A stretch of DNA of 64,000 bases from an archaeon (GCA_042584585.1 JBHOSQ010000006.1:266-64265); one strand, 5' to 3'; positions 8,878 to 18,033 are shown, counted from the first letter of the stretch. Program-made: numbers and translations. The notes: generated by a model from the sequence alone, not told the origin.

Positions 8878-9696
8878 CTACCCTAGAGTAACGGTGCCCT
8901 GCAGCCACAGGTTCCCGCTCACGTAGTCGCCTTTCTTGAATTTTTTGCACATGCATTTTGGGGTGTAGATAACTAAATCAGCCTCGTTTTCGTACGAGCC
9001 GTCCAGCCTGAGGACACCAACAGTCAATTCAAACATTTGCTGGTCGTAGCACTTGAACGACGTCATTTTCTTTACTTGCCCCTGAAAAAAGTAGTCGTCG
9101 CTGTTTGCGTTAGCGCTCGTAAAACTGGCTGGAACCAGGCAAGCCATTGTTTTTGTGCTGACTTCCCCCATGCCTTTTGCCTTGAACTTTTTTTCTTTGG
9201 CTTTTTCGACGTAGTAAGCCAACCCACAAAGGCTTACTGTGACCTCGTCTCCAACGTTATAAAACTGTTTTTTCTTGTAGTATTCGACGTCAAAGAAAGT
9301 TAAAGCTGTACTGCCGTCCATACTCCCCACGTTCACCACGACTTCTCCTTCAACTTCGTTCATCCATTCGTCAACGCCCTGTATTGTGCCATTGAGGCTT
9401 AATGTGGTGGGCCCAACTGGAAATCCGCTGTAGACCGTCTTGTCAACAACGAGCATTCGAGTAAAGATTTTTCCGGAGGAATCATAAACGTCTAGGTCGT
9501 GGTCTTTGCCCAAAACATCGACTTTTTGTTTTTCGGTGGAAGACGCGTTCTTGATTGTATCATCAACCATGTTTAGTAGTTTGTCCTTGTCTCCCCCAAA
9601 AAAAACGAACCAGTGGTTGCCTTGCCCGCCTTCTTTCCGGGGCTTGCCCGGCTTTCCCGGGACTAGTTTTTTTAGCTTGTCCAACACGTTAACCAC
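8878..9696 (-). CDS. hypothetical protein
   Basis: Track ORF of 272 aa with protein-like composition. No domain recognised. Confidence 0.6.
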   Translation of the reverse strand: MVNVLDKLKKLVPGKPGKPRKEGGQGNHWFVFFGGDKDKLLNMVDDTIKNASSTEKQKVDVLGKDHDLDVYDSSGKIFTRMLVVDKTVYSGFPVGPTTLSLNGTIQGVDEWMNEVEGEVVVNVGSMDGSTALTFFDVEYYKKKQFYNVGDEVTVSLCGLAYYVEKAKEKKFKAKGMGEVSTKTMACLVPASFTSANANSDDYFFQGQVKKMTSFKCYDQQMFELTVGVLRLDGSYENEADLVIYTPKCMCKKFKKGDYVSGNLWLQGTVTLG

Positions 9697-9772
9697 TCCT
9701 TCACTTGTTTTCGACGAATGCTACTTATGCACTCCAAAACACTTAAATCTACTGCCTACATTACTGCCATCA

Positions 9773-9802
9773 ATGCCTACTTGGTCCCACTCCCGCATCA
9801 CA
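9773..9802 (+). pseudogene. orphan promoter plus 5' fragment (10 codons) of the nuclease gene
   Basis: TATA cttaaatc is followed 25 nt later by ATGCCTACTTGGTCCCACTCCCGCATCACA, which is joined directly to H hairpin 1. Confidence 0.8.
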
Positions 9803-9803
9803 A

Positions 9804-9922
9804 CAGCTGAAACTCAGCTGGCACGTTAGACTTGGGCTTGGCCCTGGACGTCGGTCCCCTTGACGTTGACTTGGGTCAACGTCCAGACACGCAACGTCAA
9901 CCTCCGGGGCCCCGCAGAGGCA
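9804..9922 (+). repeat. H element copy E (long form)
   Basis: cagctgaAACtcagctg-GCACGTTAGACTTGGG...gacgttgacTTGGgtcaacgtc...ggggcCCcgc-AGAGGCA. Confidence 0.8.
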
Positions 9923-9961
9923 TGAAAAGGCTTAAATCTATCCCCCGCATTACCCTTACCA

Positions 9962-10045
9962 ATGCCCCCCTGGTCCCACTCCAGAATCAGTACCTACGAG
10001 TCCTGTCCTCTCAAATTCTTTTATAGTTACGTCGAGAAGCCGGAA
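9962..10045 (+). pseudogene. orphan promoter plus 5' fragment (28 codons) of the nuclease gene
   Basis: Encodes MPPWSHSRISTYESCPLKFFYSYVEKPE*. The nucleotide sequence is strongly diverged (AGC>TCC, CGC>AGA, TCG>AGT, TCT>AGT) yet only 2 amino-acid changes result. Confidence 0.85.
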
Positions 10046-10054
10046 TAATCCAAT

Positions 10055-10975
10055 TCATTTCTTTTTCCCGTGTTTTGAAGTGTATTCATCGAGTTCTTTG
10101 AGGGACACGTGCCATTTCCTGCCTATTTTGGTGGCGCCGAGGAGGCCTCGCCGCGAGAGGAGGCTTAGGTATTCCTGGCTGTACGGCGAGTGCTTGGCTG
10201 CCTCGGAGAGTGGGACGAGCCCCGTTTTTTTCCCTGGCTTTTGGAGTGCTTCGAGGTATATGTTCAGGGACTGCTCTACTGCGCGGGCAATGAAGTTCAC
10301 GAGGGGGGCGGGGTTGCCCTTGTCTGCTTCTTTTAGTGCGCGGTAGTACTTTTTTCTGTCGACGAGCCTTAGCACTGTTGGGGGGTAGCCTTCCCTGAAC
10401 AGCATTAGGTTCATCAAGAGCCTTGCGGTCCTGCCGTTGCCGTCGAAGAACGGGTGTATCCACACGAGCTTGTGGTGGGCGAGGGCGGCTTTTTCGATTG
10501 GGTCTTGTTTTGTCGCCTGCATCCACTTGACGAGTTCTCGCATGAGCCGCAGGAGCTTCTGTGGCGCCGGCGGGGTGAACGATGCCCCCGTAATCCTGAT
10601 TCTTTTGTCCCTGTACCTGCCCGCGTATTCGCTGGTCCCTTTCATGAGGATTTCGTGGGTCTCGAGAATGGTTTCTTCAGTGATTTTTTTGGTGCCTTTG
10701 GCTATTGACTCTGTCCACTCCAGCGCTTTTTCGTGGTTTTGTGCCTCGAGGTATTCGTTGAGTGGCTTGCCGCCGACGGTTATTCCTTCTTCCAGAATAA
10801 GCCGGGTTTCCTGGAGCGTGAGCGTGTTTCCTTCAATCGCGTTGGAGTTATAGGTAAGCTCGATGTTCATTTGGTGCCTCAAGCGCTCCACCGCGTCTCG
10901 CGGGAGGGGCCGGAGGCTGTCCAGCAAGGCCTTCTTTGCCTTGATTCTTTCGCGCAGACGCTCATTCAACAACAT
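10055..10975 (-). CDS. fic: Fic/DOC family protein (AMPylase-type Fido domain) with C-terminal HTH-like tail
   Basis: Canonical Fic motif HPFFDGNGRTARLLMN (HxFx[D/E]GNGRxxR). The N-terminal helical region is typical of Fic proteins. TATA-like gttaataaaacg lies about 20 nt upstream. Confidence 0.9.
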   Translation of the reverse strand: MLLNERLRERIKAKKALLDSLRPLPRDAVERLRHQMNIELTYNSNAIEGNTLTLQETRLILEEGITVGGKPLNEYLEAQNHEKALEWTESIAKGTKKITEETILETHEILMKGTSEYAGRYRDKRIRITGASFTPPAPQKLLRLMRELVKWMQATKQDPIEKAALAHHKLVWIHPFFDGNGRTARLLMNLMLFREGYPPTVLRLVDRKKYYRALKEADKGNPAPLVNFIARAVEQSLNIYLEALQKPGKKTGLVPLSEAAKHSPYSQEYLSLLSRRGLLGATKIGRKWHVSLKELDEYTSKHGKKK

Positions 10976-11071
10976 TATCGGATACCTCGTTTTATTAACT
11001 ACCCGATATTATGCAGTATCGGGTATTTAAGCTTTTCGCTTTCCCGATATACGGACAAGAAACCGTTTTAT

Positions 11072-11160
11072 CGCCTGAAACTCAGGCGGCACGTTAGGCT
11101 TGGGCTTGGCCCTGGACGTTGACCCAAGTCAACGTCAACCTCCGGGGTGCCCATAGGCAG
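11072..11160 (+). repeat. H element copy F1 (long form, palindrome loop inverted)
   Basis: cgcctgaAACtcaggcg-GCACGTTAGGCTTGGG..gacgttgacCCAAgtcaacgtc..ATAGGCAG. Confidence 0.8.
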
Positions 11161-11199
11161 GGAAAAACCTTTTATCCCTCCAACGCATTACCCTTAGCG

Positions 11200-11241
11200 A
11201 TGCCTACTTGGTCCCACTCAAGAATCAGCACGTACGATTCC
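11200..11241 (+). pseudogene. orphan promoter plus 5' fragment (14 codons) of the nuclease gene
   Basis: Encodes MPTWSHSRISTYDS, again with Ser/Arg codon-family switches, then H hairpin 1. Confidence 0.8.
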
Positions 11242-11296
11242 AGCTTAAACTAAGTTGGCACGTTTGGCTTGGGAACCTAACGGTTCCCAGAGGCAG
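11241..11296 (+). repeat. H element copy F2
   Basis: cagcttaAACtaagttg-GCACGTTTGGCTT-gggaaccTAACggttccc-AGAGGCAG. Confidence 0.8.
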
Positions 11297-11301
11297 AACA
11301 C

Positions 11302-11475
11302 TTATTTTTGTTGTATTCGGCCCACGAAGTTGACGAAGAACATGACTGCGGATATAAAGAAGATTGTTCCTCCGGTCGTATCGCCTTTGATGAAATAGTT
11401 TATGCTGGGCAACAGGAACGCTATGGTGGAAACCAGCCAGGGGTAAGGCCCGTCAAACCAGGTTTGTTTTTTCAT
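11302..11475 (-). CDS. small two-TM membrane protein (57 aa)
   Basis: My own translation: MKKQTWFDGPYPWLVSTIAFLLPSINYFIKGDTTGGTIFFISAVMFFVNFVGRIQQK. The ATG is about 25 nt after the minus-strand TATA of the palindromic motif 11496-11516. It is below the track's size cutoff. Confidence 0.4.
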   Translation of the reverse strand: MKKQTWFDGPYPWLVSTIAFLLPSINYFIKGDTTGGTIFFISAVMFFVNFVGRIQQK

Positions 11476-11495
11476 GACTCAAAAAACGCGCTTCT

Positions 11496-11516
11496 GGAAT
11501 AAAAACCCTTTTATCC
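11496..11516. promoter_or_regulatory. near-palindromic bidirectional TATA motif
   Basis: ggaataaaaacccttttatcc. The minus side lies 25 nt upstream of small ORF 11302..11475. Confidence 0.5.
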
Positions 11517-11521
11517 ATTTT

Positions 11522-12286
11522 TCACGCGATTCTTTTGTCGTGGAGCTTTAGCGCGGGGAGGGGCGTGCCGAGCAGTTTCTTGATTTTGCCTTTGTTGTAC
11601 TTGACGTGTTTTTCCCACTTTTTCTCGGCTTCTTTTTGCATGTGCTGGATGTTGTTGAGGACTTCTGTGAGGGCTTTCTGGTCGATTGTGGTGGCGCCGT
11701 CGCCTATGTGCCACCCGTCGCCGACTGTGATGCCGAGGACGTGGGGGAGGAACCTGTTTTCTTTTGGCGCCGCGTCCATTCTGAAGTAAAGCAGCACGAA
11801 GCACAGGGCTTTCTTGGTTTTTTTGCGGAGTTCATCGTATTTTTTTATGAAGGTGCCGTCGGCGTCGTTTGACGAGAGGACTAATAGGGCGGTGTCTTTA
11901 CTGTTGACTTCCGGGATTGTCTTTACTGGGACGCCAAGTGTTTTGGCCAGTGCAGTGGCAGTGAATATGTCGTGTGGGCCGGCGGTGACGACCACAGTAA
12001 ACTTTGTTTTGCTGGCCTTGATGTCCTGGACGAGCCTGTTGAGGGTGATTGCCAACTCCGGCTGGACCGTGTAGTTGTGGAGGAGATACCCAGGTATTGT
12101 TATTCCGTCGTCGTAGCTGGTTCCGAGTGCTATGACCCCGCCTTTCTTGATTGATTGTTCTATGCACTTACGGGTCTCTTCCACAGCGTCTAGGAGCTTG
12201 GCTTGGCTCTTTTCGCGGGCTTTTTTTGCTTCTTCCTCGCGCTTTTTTGCTGTGGGATCAATTTTGTCAAGCAGTTTGCGGAACAT
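11522..12286 (-). CDS. hypothetical protein
   Basis: Track ORF of 254 aa. Several overlapping ORFs in other frames look spurious. No domain recognised. Confidence 0.6.
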   Translation of the reverse strand: MFRKLLDKIDPTAKKREEEAKKAREKSQAKLLDAVEETRKCIEQSIKKGGVIALGTSYDDGITIPGYLLHNYTVQPELAITLNRLVQDIKASKTKFTVVVTAGPHDIFTATALAKTLGVPVKTIPEVNSKDTALLVLSSNDADGTFIKKYDELRKKTKKALCFVLLYFRMDAAPKENRFLPHVLGITVGDGWHIGDGATTIDQKALTEVLNNIQHMQKEAEKKWEKHVKYNKGKIKKLLGTPLPALKLHDKRIA

Positions 12287-12335
12287 ACTTTTTTACTTGT
12301 TTTTGGTTGATTTATTCTTTACGCCAGAAACCCTT

Positions 12336-13019
12336 TTATCCTACTTTTTTGGCTATGCTTGTGAGCATGTCGAGGACGGGAATTACTCTTTCTTGGTCGA
12401 ACAGCCTTACGCCTGCTACTGTGAGCTTGAGTTCGTTGTTTTGAATGGTTATTCCCTGGTTTTTTTGCCAGAGGCCCCTGTGCTCAAGCCGGTGTGGCAT
12501 GCTTATGTGCTCGAACAGCTTGTTTAGTTGCTGTGGGTCGTCCAGAACCTTCAGTGCTTTTTGTTGTTGGTTGGTTGCCACCTTGAATTCTGGGGCGAGG
12601 CCGGCGTCGGGTTGTTCAAGTTCTTTTCCTTCTTTTTCAACAAACGATGAGTAGCCCACCACGGTTTTTTGTGTTGTTGGCTTGGTGGTGATTATGAAGT
12701 CCGTGAAGTCAAGCCACTGGATTCCCAGGAACCTTTCGGCGAATTGTGTGGAGAGGGTGTACCACCTGATTTTCACGGCCATTCCTCTGTACGTGCCCGT
12801 TATTGTCCTTGCTTCGGTCACGTGATTGCCGCCGGTGAAGTCAGTCATTTGCCTGAGCAGTCCCATGCCTTTGCGCTCGACTGCGTACGTGAACCCCAGG
12901 CTCTTGGCCAGTTTCTTGAGTGGGTTTCCGCACAAAAGCTTGTAGACAACCCCTAGAATAATAAGGAAAAGGCCGAGGGACATGGAAACGACTTCCCATA
13001 CAGTAAACCCGAACCACAT
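12336..13019 (-). CDS. membrane-anchored hypothetical protein
   Basis: Start moved to MWFGFTVWEVVSMSLGLFLIILGVVYKLL (TM), 30 nt after the minus-strand TATA (gatttaag) of bidirectional motif 13039-13059. The longer track ORF (to 13295) would overlap the divergent gene. Confidence 0.55.
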   Translation of the reverse strand: MWFGFTVWEVVSMSLGLFLIILGVVYKLLCGNPLKKLAKSLGFTYAVERKGMGLLRQMTDFTGGNHVTEARTITGTYRGMAVKIRWYTLSTQFAERFLGIQWLDFTDFIITTKPTTQKTVVGYSSFVEKEGKELEQPDAGLAPEFKVATNQQQKALKVLDDPQQLNKLFEHISMPHRLEHRGLWQKNQGITIQNNELKLTVAGVRLFDQERVIPVLDMLTSIAKKVG

Positions 13020-13038
13020 GAAGAGGCAAACACGAAAG

Positions 13039-13059
13039 AAACACTTAAATCTATCGCCT
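13039..13059. promoter_or_regulatory. bidirectional TATA (cttaaatc / gatttaag) between divergent genes
   Basis: It lies about 30 nt from ATG 13019 (-) and about 25-30 nt from ATG 13075 (+). Confidence 0.55.
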
Positions 13060-13074
13060 GTTTTAGTGGTGGCT

Positions 13075-13860
13075 ATGAAGCGCGTTGTGTTGCTTTTGTT
13101 GTTGTTGTCGGTTGGCTTTGCTTGTATGGCTCCAGTATACGAACTGGATTTTGTGCCGGAAATGATTTCCGTGCTCAAAGAAATGCCGGACAATACGTGC
13201 GCCGAAACAGATTGGGCCTGGTCATCAGTCCTGGAAATCGTTAAGGAAACTGATGAATATCTTTTGATGGCAAACGCAGAAAAAACAAAGTACATAATCG
13301 CTCAACCAGAATGCGTAAACGCCACTTATGACAGTCAAAACGCTTCAAACAACTGGGCACTATTCAACTGTTCTCACGCAGATGGGTTCTCAGTCTTTGA
13401 CTGCAACACGAAGAACCCTGGCGGGTACTGCGCGCCGTACCGCGAGGACGACACGGTTGCAGTGGACGAAATCACTGCTGTTTCAGGAGTGACCAGGGAA
13501 CAATTGGTTTTTCAAACACCTGCGTACTACCCCGAAGAAGACGTTCTCGGGCAGGGCCCAATCGTCGTCATGAAATGCGGAGACGAATACATATTCACAG
13601 AAGAATACGAAAATTGTGGGAGATATTGGAACCCATTGGTTGTGGGGGTGGATGAATTCCTCAGAATGCTCCGCCCAATAAGCTTTTTAACCGCGCTGTT
13701 TTGTGGGTTCGCCATTTTTGTTTTGGCAGCCAGTAGGCTCTGGAACGAAAACATAAAAAAGCGGGAGCCAGACCGCCAAACAAAACTGCTCCTGAAAATA
13801 CTGGCAGTGGTTTTCATGGTTTCGCTGGTAGTATTCATAATCGCCATAACATTTTTCTAA
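13075..13860 (+). CDS. secreted protein with C-terminal TM anchors
   Basis: ATG 13075 gives MKRVVLLLLLLSVGFAC, 25-30 nt after TATA cttaaatc. Two C-terminal hydrophobic helices. Cys-rich ectodomain. Confidence 0.6.
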   Translation: MKRVVLLLLLLSVGFACMAPVYELDFVPEMISVLKEMPDNTCAETDWAWSSVLEIVKETDEYLLMANAEKTKYIIAQPECVNATYDSQNASNNWALFNCSHADGFSVFDCNTKNPGGYCAPYREDDTVAVDEITAVSGVTREQLVFQTPAYYPEEDVLGQGPIVVMKCGDEYIFTEEYENCGRYWNPLVVGVDEFLRMLRPISFLTALFCGFAIFVLAASRLWNENIKKREPDRQTKLLLKILAVVFMVSLVVFIIAITFF

Positions 13861-13870
13861 TGTGATTAAA

Positions 13871-13927
13871 ATGTCCACTTGGAGCCACTCCCGCTTGTCG
13901 TGCTATGAACACTGCCCCCTCAACTTC
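13871..13927 (+). pseudogene. diverged 5' fragment (19 codons) of a nuclease-gene homolog
   Basis: Encodes MSTWSHSRLSCYEHCPLNF followed by H hairpin 1. An in-frame stop falls in the hairpin (..SLN*). Confidence 0.7.
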
Positions 13928-13984
13928 AGCTTAAACTAAGCTGGCACGTTAGGCTTGGGCTGCATAAGGCAGCCCAGAGGCAGG
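13927..13984 (+). repeat. H element copy G
   Basis: cagcttaAACtaagctg-GCACGTTAGGCTT-gggctgcATAAggcagccc-AGAGGCAGG. Confidence 0.8.
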
Positions 13985-14019
13985 AAAAGGCTTTTATCCC
14001 TCTCCGCGCTAAAGGTGGC

Positions 14020-14460
14020 CTAATCCGCCACTATCAGTTCACACGCTATCGTCATTTCTTGTTCGTTGATGACTGCCATTGGAATCAGGTTTGGGTGGGT
14101 GGTTGACTCTAAAACGATTATCCTTTGGCCCCGGTTCACTTCTGCCGCATCTTTTTTGATTTGGCACGCTTCGACGGCTATTTGTATTGCTTCTTCGTCA
14201 GTGAGGGGGATGCTGACATCAGTTATTGTCATGTTTTCTGGTTGTTTTACTGGGGCGTTAACAGGGTATATGATTGTGAATGTCTCTTGTGTTGGCACTG
14301 GAGTCACCGTGGGAAGAGGGGTTGTTGTGGGCGTGGTTGTTGGTACCGGCGTGGGAGTAAGAGTTGCTTGGGGGGTGGGCGTGGCTGCTGGCTCGGCTTG
14401 CTGGACACACCCCCCTAACAAGACCAATGCAATCACCATCAACAAAGCCCAGTGTTTCAC
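14020..14460 (-). CDS. lipoprotein with PT-rich linker
   Basis: Signal ..KHWALLMVIALVLLGGC, then PTPQATLTPTPVPTTTPTTTPLPTVTPVPT. Start is uncertain (TTG 14469, GTG 14460 or ATG 14439). The minus-strand TATA lies within 14481-14505. Confidence 0.6.
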   Translation of the reverse strand: MKHWALLMVIALVLLGGCVQQAEPAATPTPQATLTPTPVPTTTPTTTPLPTVTPVPTQETFTIIYPVNAPVKQPENMTITDVSIPLTDEEAIQIAVEACQIKKDAAEVNRGQRIIVLESTTHPNLIPMAVINEQEMTIACELIVAD

Positions 14461-14480
14461 ACACACCAAAACACGTTTCA

Positions 14481-14505
14481 GGAATAAAAACCCTTTTATC
14501 TCTCC
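14481..14505. promoter_or_regulatory. near-palindromic bidirectional TATA motif between divergent genes
   Basis: ggaataaaaacccttttatctctcc serves 14020..14460 (-) and 14526..15158 (+). Confidence 0.55.
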
Positions 14506-14525
14506 ACCGCCTTAGTGGTGTTTGT

Positions 14526-15158
14526 ATGCTAATCGCGGAGTGGAAGGACTACCAGGGGTCGTTGGCGGCCATTGTTGTGGCCAACATGGTGCCTGTTCTT
14601 GGCGTGCTTTTTCTTGGGTGGAACGCGGGGCATGTTTTGCTTTTGTATTGGACAGAGAACATAGCGATTGGGTTTTACAACGTTTTGAAGATGGTTTTCA
14701 GCAGGGCGAAAATAACGCCGCTTAACAAAAACGCCAAGTTTTTTATTGTCCCGTTTTTCATCGTGCACTTCGGCATGTTTTCGTTGGGTCACTTGGTGTT
14801 TGTTGGTTTTCTTGCGAGTATGCTTGGCGCGACGCTGGGGGGCGCGGCGGTTGCCATGGCCATTGGTCTCGTGAGTTTGCTTGTGAGCCACGGGTATTCT
14901 TTCAAAGTGAATTATCTTGATGGTGGTGAGCGGGACAGGCTTACGCCTGGAGATCTTATGCTGGCGCCGTACAAGCGTGTGGTCGTGATGCACGTCACGA
15001 TAATTGCCGCGTTTTTCTTGATGGTGCCGGCGGGCTTTTTGACGTTGCTGGTCGGCGGATTGATTCCTTTCGCGAACCTCGTTCCTGTGCTCGTGTTAAT
15101 CGCGGTCAAGACCGTTGTTGACGGGGCAAGCCACTTGTTTGAACACAAAAGGGCATAG
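14526..15158 (+). CDS. polytopic membrane protein
   Basis: ATG 14526 (MLIAEWKDYQ) is 34 nt after the TATA. There are 5-6 hydrophobic helices. The track ORF start at 14364 overlaps the divergent gene and is rejected. Confidence 0.6.
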   Translation: MLIAEWKDYQGSLAAIVVANMVPVLGVLFLGWNAGHVLLLYWTENIAIGFYNVLKMVFSRAKITPLNKNAKFFIVPFFIVHFGMFSLGHLVFVGFLASMLGATLGGAAVAMAIGLVSLLVSHGYSFKVNYLDGGERDRLTPGDLMLAPYKRVVVMHVTIIAAFFLMVPAGFLTLLVGGLIPFANLVPVLVLIAVKTVVDGASHLFEHKRA

Positions 15159-15166
15159 CCCCCCCG

Positions 15167-15185
15167 GGAAAAGGCTTTTATCTCC
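15167..15185 (+). promoter_or_regulatory. BRE/TATA promoter motif
   Basis: ggaaaaggcttttatctcc, with ATG 15206 30 nt downstream. Confidence 0.6.
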
Positions 15186-15205
15186 CCAGTGCTTTAGTGG
15201 GGGGC

Positions 15206-16006
15206 ATGGAGCTTTCATGGGAATCTATTTCGTCGAACCCGCGCGTGCGGGCGTTTGTTGTTGGGGGCTTGGTCACTTTCTTGTTTTTACTCGCGCTTGT
15301 TGAGACGGATGAGTTTGGCGCGCTTATTGTAGCGGCGTTTGCCGGCTTGTTTGCCACTTACGCCACGCTGGGGATTCAAGAAAAAACCCTTTTGCCCCAC
15401 GGTTTTGCGTTGCCAAGCATGCTTTCTCCGTTTTTGGGCATTTTGTTGTATGCCCCTATCCTTATGCTAACTGGGGGCCTCACCCAAAACAATTTCACTG
15501 CGATAGCGGTTATTGGGGCGCCAGTATGGTTCTTTCTTCTTTTGCCGACTGTGCTGACTCTGTTGGTGGTGAGAGAGGTTGCGGATTTCATCAAGAAAAA
15601 GACTGACTCCAAGACGTATAACACATTGGCGAAAGTGGTTGTCCTTGGCGTGGGAGCGCTTGTAATCATAGCTTTTGCCCTGCCGTTTGTCCTTAGTTTC
15701 ATGGCCCGCTCGATTACTCCAGCTTCCAACCCCACGCCAGAACCAACTCTTGTGCCCACGCCGGTTGCAATTGTGGGCGCTTACGCGGACAAGTTCGAGT
15801 GGGCTGCTGCGTTTGGGTGTGGTCCCGCGGTTCCGCATGACGACGAAAACGTACGAAGTTGCCTCGAAGAACTGTATGCCGACACAAGCGGAGCAATGTC
15901 GTTCAACGAATGGCTCTCAACACAGCCGGACTTGGCGGACATGAACATCTGGGGCCAAGAAAACCGGTACGCTACGTACTTATTCCAAACAAAGTACGTG
16001 GGATAA
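15206..16006 (+). CDS. polytopic membrane protein with PT linker and C-terminal extracytoplasmic domain
   Basis: ATG 15206 is 30 nt after promoter motif 15167-15185. It has multiple TM helices followed by PTPEPTLVPTP. Confidence 0.6.
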   Translation: MELSWESISSNPRVRAFVVGGLVTFLFLLALVETDEFGALIVAAFAGLFATYATLGIQEKTLLPHGFALPSMLSPFLGILLYAPILMLTGGLTQNNFTAIAVIGAPVWFFLLLPTVLTLLVVREVADFIKKKTDSKTYNTLAKVVVLGVGALVIIAFALPFVLSFMARSITPASNPTPEPTLVPTPVAIVGAYADKFEWAAAFGCGPAVPHDDENVRSCLEELYADTSGAMSFNEWLSTQPDLADMNIWGQENRYATYLFQTKYVG

Positions 16007-16015
16007 AAGCGCTTT

Positions 16016-16543
16016 TTATCCCAGGGTTAGGCTATACACTACGAAGGCGGCAAAGCCGATTATGGCAAGGACTGAGGCGCCTAGCAAAATGTTGAGGCGG
16101 CGTGTGTTGCCTTCTTCAAATTGTTTTGCGATGAAAAAGTAGTTGACTGGCTTATTGGTAATGCTGTGGTACGCCATGTACACTTGGTACACGAGTGCCA
16201 GCGGCCCCCCCACGAAGACTATTGCAGTAGATATGAGATTAACCGCACCTGCGAAGAGAATCCAGGAGAACATGAACAGCAGGGCCAAGCCGCCTTCTTC
16301 AATGCCCTCGAGGAGAAGCCCGCCGCCGAGCGACAGAAGCATACTTAGCGAAGAGATAACGAGCGCCGCTGAAAACACGGTGGTGAGGACACCTGCCGTG
16401 ATCATTTGCCAATAAAACGCTTGTCTTGCCTCCAGCCCGGCTCGCGTGTCTTTTTTTGTGAGCCACACGGCCAATGGGAGGATTGGCCCAAGCGGCACTG
16501 GAAAGTGGCACCACGCAGCCAACCAATCAACATCAGTGTCCAT
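16016..16543 (-). CDS. DUF4870-like small membrane protein
   Basis: GPILPLAVWLTKKDTRAGLEARQAFYWQMI resembles the conserved loop-helix of the DUF4870 family. There are 4 TM helices. Confidence 0.55.
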   Translation of the reverse strand: MDTDVDWLAAWCHFPVPLGPILPLAVWLTKKDTRAGLEARQAFYWQMITAGVLTTVFSAALVISSLSMLLSLGGGLLLEGIEEGGLALLFMFSWILFAGAVNLISTAIVFVGGPLALVYQVYMAYHSITNKPVNYFFIAKQFEEGNTRRLNILLGASVLAIIGFAAFVVYSLTLG

Positions 16544-16582
16544 AATACATCACACTCACTCTTAGCATAAAAACCCTTTTAT

Positions 16583-16639
16583 CGCCTTAAACTAAGGCGG
16601 CACGTTAGACTTGCGGGGCGCAAGGCCCCGCAGAGGCAG
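16583..16639 (+). repeat. H element copy (16.6 kb)
   Basis: cgccttaAACtaaggcg-GCACGTTAGACTT-gcggggcGCAAggccccgc-AGAGGCAG. Confidence 0.8.
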
Positions 16640-16678
16640 CAAGAACCTTTTTATCCGTTGCCTGTGTTATTCCTAGTA

Positions 16679-17947
16679 ATGCAGAAAGAAATAGCCCAGA
16701 GACAGCAGAAGGCATTGGCTTACTGGGTCGCATTGTTGTTCAGGCATAATGACGGCCTGGAAGTCGGTGAAGTCAGTGAAATGCTGAATAAGCACTTCAA
16801 GGCGCTGCACTTCGATGCTCGTAGCTTAAAGCAATTCTTGAATGATCCGCCGCGTTACGTCCAAAAAGTGAGTGGCGAAGAAGCCGAGGCTGAGTACAAC
16901 AAGGCCCTCGCCCGCTTCACCCCAAGCCGATTCATTGGCAAGGGAGAAATCAAAAAAGGGAGGGCGTGGGCACCCCGGTCCGGGGACCCTCTTGAAAGAG
17001 TGCACATGCTGGGAGTGGCTTACAAGGTTTCTTTGTTGCTCAGGGACAAGCAGGGGCTAGGGCCTGGGCGGATTGCCGAGGTATTGGCCGAGCATTTTGG
17101 GGAGGGAAACTTCAGCGTACACAGCGTGAGCCGTAGCTTCAAGAACCCCCCGGGGTACGCTGACCGCATCACTGACGCTGAAGCCCGTGGAGAATATGCC
17201 AAGGTCGTGGAGAAGACTGGCATCGGAAAAAAGAAGGGGATAATGAAGCTGCACCAGTCGAGTGACAGTATAATGGCGTACCAGCTTTATCACCACTTGA
17301 TTGATAAGTTTGGCTGGGGGTCCACACGCACCCAGACCATTCTGAAGAAGTACACGGGCCTTGAGTTTAAGAGGATTCATTCCAGTGTGAAGCAGGACGT
17401 GCTGCACCCCAAGAAAGACGTTGCGAGTGCGGCCACTGCGTTGCGCGAGAAAATGTCTCTTGACCTTGGGAACTCGATTGTGGTGTTTGAGCTGGTCAAG
17501 CGCTTGAAACAGGATTTTGGGTGTGGCAACGATGACGCATACGACGTTTTGCAGGAGTACAGCGGTAACAATCTGAAGCCGGAACGGAGGACCGTTAAGG
17601 AGTGGCGTGGGGAGCGGAAGCCGCCGGGGTACAAAAAGGGCGTGTTGGTTAAGGCGGTTATTGACAGGCACTTGGACAAGATTTTTTCTGGGACTTCGCT
17701 GAAGAAAAAGTTGTTGGGGTACCACGTGTACAAGCTCGCGCGTGACCGGATTGGCACGGGAGGGGGCTTGAACTACGAAGAGATGCTGAACGAGCACTTT
17801 GGCTCGCCCATTTTTGTGGGGGTACGTTTCGCGCGCTGGGCGGGCAAGCCGAGGCCTCGTGGCTACAAGCAAAGAATTCCCGATGTCACAATCGAAAGGG
17901 AGTACAACCGCTTCCTCAAGACTCACAAAGACAAGCTCAAGAAGTAA
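16679..17947 (+). CDS. protein of about five tandem ~80-100 aa helical (HTH-like?) repeats
   Basis: Internal repeats end in NDPPRYVQK.., KNPPGYADR.., RKPPGYKKG.. and PRPRGYKQR... Each is preceded by a similar helical module (E.L.EHFG...). The ATG lies about 35 nt after the TATA. Confidence 0.6.
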   Translation: MQKEIAQRQQKALAYWVALLFRHNDGLEVGEVSEMLNKHFKALHFDARSLKQFLNDPPRYVQKVSGEEAEAEYNKALARFTPSRFIGKGEIKKGRAWAPRSGDPLERVHMLGVAYKVSLLLRDKQGLGPGRIAEVLAEHFGEGNFSVHSVSRSFKNPPGYADRITDAEARGEYAKVVEKTGIGKKKGIMKLHQSSDSIMAYQLYHHLIDKFGWGSTRTQTILKKYTGLEFKRIHSSVKQDVLHPKKDVASAATALREKMSLDLGNSIVVFELVKRLKQDFGCGNDDAYDVLQEYSGNNLKPERRTVKEWRGERKPPGYKKGVLVKAVIDRHLDKIFSGTSLKKKLLGYHVYKLARDRIGTGGGLNYEEMLNEHFGSPIFVGVRFARWAGKPRPRGYKQRIPDVTIEREYNRFLKTHKDKLKK

Positions 17948-17981
17948 ACCCTTTTATCCATCCCCCGCATTACCCTTACCA

Positions 17982-18032
17982 ATGCCTACCTGGAGCCACT
18001 CCCGCATTTCAACGTACGAGTCCTGCCCCCTC
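17982..18032 (+). pseudogene. orphan promoter plus 5' fragment (17 codons) of the nuclease gene
   Basis: aaacccttttatccatcccccgcattacccttaccaATGCCTACCTGGAGCCACTCCCGCATTTCAACGTACGAGTCCTGCCCCCTC. It abuts the stop of minus-strand gene 18034..18693. Confidence 0.85.
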
Positions 18033-18033
18033 G

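Noticed and set aside
10086-10526. 146-aa minus-strand ORF within the Fic gene region
   Set aside because: It is an alternative frame of the Fic gene with an R/P-rich translation. The Fic frame carries the catalytic motif.
12982-13074. Upstream extension of ORF 12982..13860 (METTSHTVNPNH...)
   Set aside because: The extension would overlap the divergent gene and lies upstream of the shared TATA. The internal ATG at 13075 gives a proper signal peptide at the correct promoter distance.
17057-17926. 289-aa minus-strand ORF opposite the repeat protein gene
   Set aside because: It is antisense to an ORF with internal repeat structure and a proper promoter. Its composition is L/V/R/P-rich.
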